Shown piece after piece: positions 57,401-64,000 of a DNA stretch of 64,000 bases. The notes under the pieces are model-generated. The model was not told the origin of the DNA and did no database searches. It saw only the letters and a list, made by a program, of their open reading frames with translations. The stretch's first letter is position 1. Each line of letters starts with the position of its first letter. Location of the stretch: positions 248,001 through 312,000 of IMG/VR virus record IMGVR_UViG_3300035212_003113, one strand, 5' to 3'. The position numbers and the translations under genes were made by a program.

Positions 57401-58997
57401 ATCTATGCAGCAGATGGGACAGATTCCCACGCTTATAAAGCCTACCATAAACGAGCTCACCTTTGGTGAGTGGACGCTTGGGCGAGATAATTTGTTTCCT
57501 GCGCCACCTGCTGTTGTTGGCACCACTGCATTCGGTCCTGGTCGATGGGGCTCTGGTCTTGATACTAGCTCTTGCCACATAGAGATGCCTGCTGAAAAGA
57601 TAATCAGTCATCGCAACGGTTCCTTTTTCTGCAAAATTCGACCACTGTGGGCCGGTATAAATAACAACTCCCCGTTTACCATGGATGTGGACGTTCCAGC
57701 GGACGAGATTTGGATTGGCGCTGCTGGTTTTCATCCTGATGCGGTTCCTTTTAATCTTGATCTTGATCAGGTCCAGAATGTATCGGGTCGTCCATACCAG
57801 CTGGGCTCTCGTCGCGGTTTATTTGTTTGGTTTGATCCTGATGAGAAGCGCTGGCAGGTCACATTCTGTGGCACAAGCGGAGAGACCGCAGTTGGGATAA
57901 TAGAGTCGGCCGGCAAAGCAGTATACGTTCAGGATGGATATGTAAACGCATATCTTGACACTGAGATTACTGACACCAGGACTTCCTCCGGGTCTATCAT
58001 TGAATTCTCGTTTTTGATCGATTCTGAGGATACTGGCGGCACAGAGCTTGCTAGCGAATACACTGATGAGACAGGTGCTGTTGTAGTGGACCCTATCTAT
58101 ACAGATTCACTTGTATTTGTCTCATCTGCTCCTAACTACATATTTGATACAGGTACCGAAAGACGCTCCAGGATCTCACTTTATCGGGATGAATGGGGCT
58201 ACCTTACTCTCTGTGCGATTGACGCCAGCGGACGTCGCCACTGGCGAGTTAGCGCCGATATACGGTCATGGGAGCCTGGCGACGTACACAGTGTGGGCGC
58301 GTCGTGGATGATGAACAGTCCCGAGGGCAGGGATGAGATGCACCTATTTATAGATGGACAAGAAGTACCAAATATCTATAGATTTAACAGCCCATTTGTA
58401 CCTGGCAGTCTTTTCAGGTCTGTTGCCGTGGAGCAAATGGCCGCAGCAACCCGGCCGGTAATTGCGATAGCCGATGGTATAACGGTCGATGGCTCTGATA
58501 CGGTATCTTCTGCTGGCACCGACTTCTCAGTACTCGGTATTTTACCAGGCGATACGCTAACTATTCTGGAAGATACAAATGATGGGCTAGGGAGTCCTTA
58601 TACCATTCTGGCTGTTTCTGGTGGCGAGCTAGTGCTCGACTCACCTATGACGCTGAGTCTGTCTTCGGTAAAATTTTCATTAAATTCGCAATCTTACGTG
58701 GTTACTGCTAGTAATGAATCGGGGTTTTCTGTTGCTGTTGGCGGTACGGAGTTAGTTGGGCCGACTGGGGACGAACCGCAGTACTCCATTACCCGCTCCG
58801 GCGGTAACTATATATTGACGGTTTACGATGGGCTGCAGATAGGCGATTTCATTGAAGTTCGTACTCTTGGACTATCCGTGTCCCGGGCACTTTCGATTGC
58901 CATGGTTCCTGGCGAGGGCGGAGTGCCTGCTTCCTATATACTGACAGAAGATGGCGATATACTGATCACAGAGTCGGGTGATCTAATCACATTGTAG
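54408..58997 (+). CDS. Large baseplate wedge protein (gp7/P2 I-like core) with Ig-like and LamG-like domains
   Basis: LLENFAVMLG..RETIR..GPTLRSM pattern; GSFFCKIRPLW and VHSVGASW..MHLFIDGQEV LamG-like strands; follows the J-like gene. Confidence 0.6.
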   Translation: MFRATEISVRGYDSIQIAFSDFPSDDITPDNFSIVSNFASEAPLQVHSLQITKKVITLYHSLSSPLVSYTLIMQDTAFRSFVSQSGEPLQIDGSANKFIFIGPESPNGIRDNMLDYLTSVYDGFENNLLHKHVSGLAEQLLSARTAIRQKSNSVYLEEVVQDQLISRGSHNSDRLPDEGAFQVDRVSARVTGDALTSSSFLFSKATVDSFSAFPEYNNPTLSSFPSIPYSLQQVVATEIVSNSERISNSFSGLTLSLSKENITQVISVVLRSGGTSYPYDITTYPIGLLSNRYDTAFSYSNLSLQSNQFRLDPAAVQSGHIPEPVPSDEWYVTYAYKDLGRLPDFASVEVYEVKTQVRERTPAVSNVFSLQKFPIVWPDGSPAAAGAVEFLNPLASGSAPAFGSTHPAFLDEIPFDRLLPPANPGEFAVDYTTGQVLVYGEALGGLGTGSFPPVASYSYRRTYSGGTDYIVDPESSDIVAAVGRGLDGRQVYLDVKHEQVYVPGVDYVAETHNEALNEYIDNRLFGNSRIQTLYAPITDVFRVFNETTGETYNVDYYSRHEISISGSQLPRRQNIYTEGARFKQVLREELYISSIARDLGAECVFSVSLQNFPVMAASLPQIGSATNTSFAPDSALLLAEYYFDGDLQSLSDNLDKLQSVGDYVVDYSAGILYFRAPTDSDFFVGTVNYLCGAIQPSNSQITSVDVMRYSATPTSEPLRTVDHSSFTATEIMPAELLASSERFLGGNTGNPVLFGTRQWGRLASWQVGSDILHVADALFTADVADGNHFVQFEDESQRQILQYIAPTIVRVDLPFTDNDADVAWVLLDTDLADGYTVATTYEARDVRGVYLLSEINDPLSPVPVSVATNYWDRSVDRISGNQLIFNNSLAKALPVGSALVIDYDFGNLFVDYEFVIDKLRVDYEWGDNQIRWLTALPVGTDYYCTYRYGAMRRELLENFAVMLGLPELLNADLDMNRETIRDLTRAAMTVFAGGPTLRSMQQMGQIPTLIKPTINELTFGEWTLGRDNLFPAPPAVVGTTAFGPGRWGSGLDTSSCHIEMPAEKIISHRNGSFFCKIRPLWAGINNNSPFTMDVDVPADEIWIGAAGFHPDAVPFNLDLDQVQNVSGRPYQLGSRRGLFVWFDPDEKRWQVTFCGTSGETAVGIIESAGKAVYVQDGYVNAYLDTEITDTRTSSGSIIEFSFLIDSEDTGGTELASEYTDETGAVVVDPIYTDSLVFVSSAPNYIFDTGTERRSRISLYRDEWGYLTLCAIDASGRRHWRVSADIRSWEPGDVHSVGASWMMNSPEGRDEMHLFIDGQEVPNIYRFNSPFVPGSLFRSVAVEQMAAATRPVIAIADGITVDGSDTVSSAGTDFSVLGILPGDTLTILEDTNDGLGSPYTILAVSGGELVLDSPMTLSLSSVKFSLNSQSYVVTASNESGFSVAVGGTELVGPTGDEPQYSITRSGGNYILTVYDGLQIGDFIEVRTLGLSVSRALSIAMVPGEGGVPASYILTEDGDILITESGDLITL

Positions 58998-59026
58998 TTG
59001 CATTATCAATACTTGTTTGAGGGTTT

Positions 59027-59671
59027 ATGGCAAATAAGCGCATTAGTGAGCTAGATCTATCGGGTGGGCTTGCATCTGACGACTTGCTTGTAGTGGTTGA
59101 TACCGGTACTGGCGAGACTCAAAAGGCGAGCCTTTCGCAAGCTCTGGACTATATTGCAGATAATCTTTCTACGGGCGATGTTACTGGTACGGGTAATGCG
59201 GGCAATGTGGCATTATGGACTGGTGCGTCCACTTTGTCATACGATGCTAATTTATACTGGGATGGCGCGAATGATCGACTAGGCATGGGTACGGCGATGC
59301 CTGCTACAGCACTTGACGTCGTTGGTACAATCACGGCATCGGCTGGAGTTGTATCTCCAATTCAGACTAATGCACAGTCAGCTTCTTACGTACTGGCTCT
59401 ATCCGATGCATCTAAAATTGTTGAAGTTGCTGTGTCCTCGCCATCTACTGCTACGATAACAGTTCCTCTAGACAGCAGCGTTGCCTTTCCAATCGGTACA
59501 CAAATAATTGTATCACAAACTGGTACAGGTGCTGTTGACATTGCTGGTGAAGTAGGCGTTACAATTGATTATCGCAGTGGACTGGGGCTAGATCTTAATG
59601 GTCAGTGGGCTGCCGCTACACTGATTAAGCGCGCAGCTGACACCTGGATGCTGTTTGGTGATCTAGTATGA
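59027..59671 (+). CDS. Short fibre/adaptor protein
   Basis: MANKRISEL..DDLLVVVD..ETQK N-terminus; C-terminal NAQSASYVLALSD..TITVP..VAFPIGTQI..GQWAAATLIKRAADTWMLFGDL domain common in phage fibres. Confidence 0.7.
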   Translation: MANKRISELDLSGGLASDDLLVVVDTGTGETQKASLSQALDYIADNLSTGDVTGTGNAGNVALWTGASTLSYDANLYWDGANDRLGMGTAMPATALDVVGTITASAGVVSPIQTNAQSASYVLALSDASKIVEVAVSSPSTATITVPLDSSVAFPIGTQIIVSQTGTGAVDIAGEVGVTIDYRSGLGLDLNGQWAAATLIKRAADTWMLFGDLV

Positions 59672-60078
59672 TCACGCCTGCTGTTTTAGGAACCATTGCA
59701 GTAAGGCGCGCAATCTTCTCAGGTACTCCATTGGAGTCATTTGAGTACGCTGGCGTCTGGCCGGGAACTCTCAGTGACCCTGCATATCCCGATACCTTTA
59801 CTGGCTTCTTGTCGCCTTCCAACGCGACGCCACTGGAGTCGTTTGAGTACGCGGGCAACTGGCCTGGGACAATCTCCGACCCTGCATATCCCTCAACGTT
59901 CACCGGCTTCGCCACGCCGTCAGACACGACGCCGTTAGAATCATTTGAGTATGTGGGCGGCTGGCCGGGAGCTCTCAACGACCCTGCGTATCCCGATACC
60001 TTTACTGGTTTCTTGTCGCCGTCAGATGCGACACCGCTGGAGTCTTTTGAGGCCGCAGGGAGCTGGCCGGGGACCTGA
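59668..60078 (+). CDS. Small tandem-repeat protein (34-aa units)
   Basis: ATGA overlap with the upstream gene; three complete and one partial TPLESFEYxGxWPGxxxDPAYPxTFTGFxxPSxx units. Confidence 0.75.
   Translation: MITPAVLGTIAVRRAIFSGTPLESFEYAGVWPGTLSDPAYPDTFTGFLSPSNATPLESFEYAGNWPGTISDPAYPSTFTGFATPSDTTPLESFEYVGGWPGALNDPAYPDTFTGFLSPSDATPLESFEAAGSWPGT
59725..60075 (+). repeat. Tandem coding repeat with a 102-nt period
   Basis: Units start at 59725, 59827, 59929 and 60031; differences are mostly synonymous. Confidence 0.92.
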
Positions 60079-60122
60079 TATCAACTGATGTACGGAATAC
60101 GCAGACGTACTAGGAGGCTACG

Positions 60123-60800
60123 ATGTCTTTTGCAGATTGGACTTTTGTAACAAACGGGCTTGCCAGTAACGCGGAGCCTTATGCTCCGAGCGGTGTGATA
60201 CCTGCGCCTAGCATCGCGTCAGGTTCGTATGCCCGAATCATAAACGGAGATGGAAGCTCGTCGTCTTACGCTGGTTTCGTGCCATCGAACGCATCATTTA
60301 CCGGCGTTCCGGCGACGAAGGCGATTCGTATTCAAGCGTTCATCCGCTTGAACGGGAGCGTCGGGCAGTTTCTTATGGCTGCAAAATACACCCCGGCTGG
60401 TTTCAATAGTATTAGCGGCTACGCGCTAGGCACAAACAGATCATCTGCCCCTTCTTTGTTTTTTAGAACCCCTGGCAGCCAGACAACATTGATAAACAGC
60501 ATTTCTATCGATGTTTGGTACAGCTTCCGCATGACGGTGTATCCCATTTCTCCGACGGTAGACCGCATAATCTGCGAGCAAGAGTCTTCTCCGGGGAGCG
60601 GTGTATGGTCATCAACATTCGCAGACGGCAATGGAGATATCACCATTGACCAAAGCATTACTCCTTCGCAGTACGTCGCATGGGGAGGATCGACGAACAA
60701 TGGTGTATTTGGCGCAGGCGGCTACCTCGGTAGCCCCGGAAACACCATCATTGATATGATGCAAGTGTCGTTGGCAACAGTGCCTGTGCCAATTCCGTGA
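60123..60800 (+). CDS. Concanavalin/lectin-like beta-sandwich protein
   Basis: GGAGG SD; AIRIQAFIRL..WYSFRMTVY..IIDMMQVS strand pattern typical of jelly-roll lectin domains. Confidence 0.55.
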   Translation: MSFADWTFVTNGLASNAEPYAPSGVIPAPSIASGSYARIINGDGSSSSYAGFVPSNASFTGVPATKAIRIQAFIRLNGSVGQFLMAAKYTPAGFNSISGYALGTNRSSAPSLFFRTPGSQTTLINSISIDVWYSFRMTVYPISPTVDRIICEQESSPGSGVWSSTFADGNGDITIDQSITPSQYVAWGGSTNNGVFGAGGYLGSPGNTIIDMMQVSLATVPVPIP

Positions 60801-61159
60801 TACTCTGATGAGTATGTTGTCCGGCCCTGGCTACAGCCTGCTTGCTATCTAGCCAAGGGAGCTGTTATTGAGTATGGGTCACTTGTTCGCCCAAAGTGCG
60901 CTTACTCTCCCAGATCGACATCGGCATATAGCTCGGTACCGAGTGCAGCTCCAAATAGTGATTTTTATTTCTAGTGGGCTGCCTACCTGAGATCTTTACC
61001 AGTTTTTGACTAAACTTTATTACTAGGCCAATGGCCTTGTAATGGCCTAATAGGCCATGCAAATGTAATAATAAACAGACAACTCATGAGAGCATGCTGC
61101 CACTAGTCATGCAAGCAAATACTTGGTTATTACTCGAATCGGAATAACCAGAGGTAGAC

Positions 61160-63121
61160 GTGATAGGACCTAATCAATTAGCTATTCGAGCCGCGCCGCC
61201 TATTGACCTGCAGTCAATAGACTGTTATCGCGTTATTCTTGAGAAGAAAGCAGTATTCTCAGGCACTTCATTTGATTTTGGAACAGGCTCCTTTTCAGGC
61301 TCCGGGCCAATTTTTGGAACATTCGCGGCACTGCCTCAGCCATCAAACAGCATAAATGGCAAAAAACTAGTAATTACTCTGGATGGCACAAATCTGGGTA
61401 TCGGCAGTCATACGGTTACTATAACCGGAACCTCATATAGCTCGGCAACCACAGAGACGATCACCTTTGCCTCATCCGGTGTACAGCAGACTGTCGAATT
61501 CTGGAAAACAATTGATTCAATAGATATTTCGGTAGAAGTAGACGATCCAGTGTATCCAGCTGCCGCCATTCAGATTGTCGAGGCAGTACCGCTCACCCAG
61601 TCTGAAAATGATGGGATTAATGCCGAAGTCTATTCCTATGATAACGGCGTCATTACGTTCCGCATTGCAGGTACAGATAACGACTTTATACTTTCCTCTG
61701 GATATTATCTTCTTGACTATCCATCGCCTATTTCTATTCAGATGGCTGACAAAGGCCGTCTTATTATAGGCGCAGATGTCTCCGGCGTATATCGCGGTGA
61801 GGCAATTATCGAGGCACCATCTTTTTATTCTTCGACTCTAGAAGATGTGCGCATAGGCGAGAGCAGTGATATCCTTAATCAAACCCTGCTTCATAATTCT
61901 CCATTCCCTCCGGCTAAGATGCCAGAGGCGACCCTGCTCCTCGATTTTGATGAGCACGTAAAGGATATAACAGGAATCTATCCAGCATTCCTCAGTCAAT
62001 TCAAAACCGCATCCAGATCCCTGAACTCTGCCTTTGAAGATGCACTTTATGTTGATCGCAGGATCGTACTGGATAATGCTAGAGAGCTAGTAGGTCCGCG
62101 GCGTGGTACAATAGAATTTTTTCTATCGCCGCTTTTAGATACATACTATGATGAGAACGAATACAGATTCATCATGGATATTACGTCTCTTAAAAGCATT
62201 GATACCGTTAGCACAACCTCTAATACCATTATACTGCCATTTAAAGCCAGAAGCGTAAACCGCGTATACCTAAAAGGCGATGACACGCGAGAAAATCTTC
62301 TTGGACCGCGTAGTCTGCTTTCCGATGGACGTACCATTCGTCTGCCAAGCAGGCTGCCTGCTCAAAGAACAGCTGTTACCGTAGAATACACGCCAATAGA
62401 CTTCGAGGGTGATCGCATATCGCTTTATCTCGACGGCTACAACAATGTTAATTTTGCTATAACGGCCAACAATATTACTCGGGTGATCTCTAGAGAGATC
62501 GACTGGAAGCGAGACAGCTGGCATCGTATAATGGCCACTTGGGATGTTTCAAACATAGACAACTTCGACCAGATGCGGCTATTCCTTGATGGCACAGAAA
62601 ATAACATAGTTACGTGGGGCAGTCCCGGCTTTATCTGGGGGGGCGGACATGTATGGGGAACATCTGCCACAGGTGTAACCGGCAGCCAGGCCTTAATTGA
62701 CGATATAAACCTAGTTGACGAGTTCAGTGTAATAAATATTGGCTCTGATTTTTCTGGCTCGCAGCAATATTTGATGAAAATGGATAACTTAAGATTTAGC
62801 TCTATTGCTCGCCAGCCTGTGCGCATTGGTGCGCTTGATTATGACTTAGTATGGAATGACAACCTAGGTGCAGTATCTCCTGTTATACCCGATGCTTTTA
62901 CAAAAGGTTTATTTGACTTCAATCGATCTGACTCTGAGAGCGACCGCTTGGCAAATCTTATCAGCACAGAGGGCTCGCTGTATTCAATCGGCGTAGAGAT
63001 TGATGACGGATTTAACAAAATACTTTCGTCTGAGCGCAGTCGAGAGGCCCTGCTAAGCATCTATCAAAAAATAAAGCCGGCACATATGCGCCTGTTCTCA
63101 AAGTTTAAGCAAGAGATCTGA
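61160..63121 (+). CDS. Baseplate-region protein with LamG-like domains
   Basis: GAGG SD with GTG start; GTIEFFLSP..RISLYLD..SWHRIMATW..MRLFLDG..MDNLRFSS LamG pattern; ends KIKPAHMRL as in wedge-type proteins. Confidence 0.6.
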   Translation: MIGPNQLAIRAAPPIDLQSIDCYRVILEKKAVFSGTSFDFGTGSFSGSGPIFGTFAALPQPSNSINGKKLVITLDGTNLGIGSHTVTITGTSYSSATTETITFASSGVQQTVEFWKTIDSIDISVEVDDPVYPAAAIQIVEAVPLTQSENDGINAEVYSYDNGVITFRIAGTDNDFILSSGYYLLDYPSPISIQMADKGRLIIGADVSGVYRGEAIIEAPSFYSSTLEDVRIGESSDILNQTLLHNSPFPPAKMPEATLLLDFDEHVKDITGIYPAFLSQFKTASRSLNSAFEDALYVDRRIVLDNARELVGPRRGTIEFFLSPLLDTYYDENEYRFIMDITSLKSIDTVSTTSNTIILPFKARSVNRVYLKGDDTRENLLGPRSLLSDGRTIRLPSRLPAQRTAVTVEYTPIDFEGDRISLYLDGYNNVNFAITANNITRVISREIDWKRDSWHRIMATWDVSNIDNFDQMRLFLDGTENNIVTWGSPGFIWGGGHVWGTSATGVTGSQALIDDINLVDEFSVINIGSDFSGSQQYLMKMDNLRFSSIARQPVRIGALDYDLVWNDNLGAVSPVIPDAFTKGLFDFNRSDSESDRLANLISTEGSLYSIGVEIDDGFNKILSSERSREALLSIYQKIKPAHMRLFSKFKQEI

Positions 63122-63130
63122 GGAAATAAA

Positions 63131-64000
63131 ATGACTCAAAAACGCCCGCATTGGTTTGATTTTCAGAAGGTCACTACAAATGATCTTAAGGCAGAGCAGG
63201 ATGCTTGGCTTAGCGCCGTAGGCGGTGCCACTACCGGTGCATCAGGGACTGGCGTTCAGCTTGATAGTCCGCTAGAATCAGTTGTACTCGACACAGGAAG
63301 CCTAAATACTACCCAATCGGCGTGGGTAGCTACAGATTCTTTTGACGGTCGTGGCGTTCTGCTGGAAGAGTACGCCTGCAAGGATATCGTAAATGGCAAT
63401 CAAATTTCGGTAACGCTTACGGACACAGCCGTTAGCGAGCGCGTTCCGCTGATACTAACTGTTATTGGAACGGATTTTGATGATAATCCATATTACGAAC
63501 ATGTGCGTTGCCCGGTAAATGGACGCTATCATACGTATGGCCACTTTAAGATTGTCAAGAATATAATGTTTCAAAACATGTTTGGCAATACCGATGCGCG
63601 GATTGACGGTCGCGGTTGCCTAGCACTTGGTGCTAATGGTGGTCGCGCAGTTGTGTCAGAGGCCAGCTCAATGCTGCCAGCTGCAGATACAATTGTTGAA
63701 TCACAGTCCAAAACGCCTGACATTGTTTTTGCTGACTACAAGCTATACGATAGCGGCAAGACGCTTGATCAGGTGCTTGCTGAATCACTTGGATCAGAAT
63801 ACAGCGTAGATCAGCTTAACGTCAATACATCTATTTCTGAAACAAAACTTTTTAGTGCCGGCGCCTCTTCCGAGGTTACATATGGTCAGAAATTCAGGAT
63901 GCGTGGTAACAATATCCAGAAGATCCAGCTGCTGCTTGCACTGGACTCTGGATCTTCTTGGTCTGGAGAGATTGCGGTAGGGCTTAAAAAGCTACTTAAC
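63131..64000 (+). CDS. Baseplate/fibre-attachment protein, 3'-truncated (absent from the supplied track)
   Basis: GAGGA SD; frame is open from ATG 63131 to the window end: MTQKRPHWFDFQKVTTNDLKAEQ..., resembling the N-terminal 'F.D.Q..T..DL..EQ' motif of contractile-tail proteins. Confidence 0.65.
   Translation, partial: MTQKRPHWFDFQKVTTNDLKAEQDAWLSAVGGATTGASGTGVQLDSPLESVVLDTGSLNTTQSAWVATDSFDGRGVLLEEYACKDIVNGNQISVTLTDTAVSERVPLILTVIGTDFDDNPYYEHVRCPVNGRYHTYGHFKIVKNIMFQNMFGNTDARIDGRGCLALGANGGRAVVSEASSMLPAADTIVESQSKTPDIVFADYKLYDSGKTLDQVLAESLGSEYSVDQLNVNTSISETKLFSAGASSEVTYGQKFRMRGNNIQKIQLLLALDSGSSWSGEIAVGLKKLLN

Noticed and set aside
15419-60075. Diversity-generating retroelement template/variable repeat pairs suggested by the repeats at 15419 and 59725
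   Set aside because: The repeats are tandem and in-frame; one is identical and the other differs at mixed synonymous sites rather than only at adenines; no reverse transcriptase is present in the window.
59725-60075. CRISPR array
   Set aside because: It is a coding repeat with conserved 'spacers' and a 102-nt period; no cas genes.
60930-60943. Vector polylinker-like AGCTCGGTACC (SacI/KpnI)
   Set aside because: The flanks do not continue as a polylinker; treated as a natural palindrome.
60865-61062. 65-aa minus-strand ORF in the intergenic gap
   Set aside because: No clear SD, opposite to the whole operon, and no recognisable features; cannot be fully excluded.
3073-62826. The many 60-230 aa minus-strand ORFs throughout the window
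   Set aside because: All lie antisense to long, motif-bearing plus-strand genes and show no recognisable motifs.
1-64000. Stop-codon reassignment (alternative genetic code)
   Set aside because: Very long ORFs under the standard code, with TAA, TAG and TGA all ending genes directly before the next SD or start.
10440-64000. Bacterial extracellular contractile injection system or tailocin rather than a phage
   Set aside because: Head-tail neck-like genes, G/T-type chaperones, HNH and phage DUF-like proteins are present, with a single tube gene and no AAA+ ATPase seen. Capsid and terminase are not in the window, so this rests on inference.
1-64000. tRNA, rRNA, introns, inteins and endolysin
   Set aside because: No cloverleaf or T-loop signatures in the short gaps, no splice or intein motifs, and no endolysin motif recognised by eye; tRNAscan and HMM searches were not run.

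Overview
The window is one co-oriented (+ strand) block of about 41 genes forming the virion morphogenesis region of a large, probably jumbo-type, contractile-tailed bacteriophage. Prokaryotic signals include AGGAG/GAGG ribosome-binding sites, overlapping stop/start codons and two intrinsic terminators; the standard genetic code fits. Gene order: three fibre-like proteins; patatin phospholipase, HNH nuclease and cold-shock protein; Ig/FN3-fused neck proteins with a Zn-metallopeptidase; a fibre; a basic composite protein; a spanin-like membrane protein; two giant paralogous beta-helix fibres; then tail terminator, sheath, tube, chaperones, tape measure, tube initiator, hub, spike, two unknown proteins, gp25-like, J-like and wedge proteins, a small fibre/lectin cassette and two further baseplate-region genes. 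Capsid, portal, terminase, endolysin, tRNA, CRISPR and integrase were not seen. The first and last genes are truncated by the window. All product calls come from motif recognition and synteny by eye, not database searches. Best leads: (1) a complete -1 frameshift cassette in the tail chaperone gene (internal SD, G GAU UUU slippery site, H-type pseudoknot); (2) a tripeptide, DGY, repeated 26 times across 12 virion proteins; (3) a candidate one-gene spanin with an inner-membrane anchor and a C-terminal beta-barrel-like end; (4) a four-repeat 'ESFE..W' linker that may strand-complement several lectin domains; (5) a shared N-terminal docking domain on three fibres.
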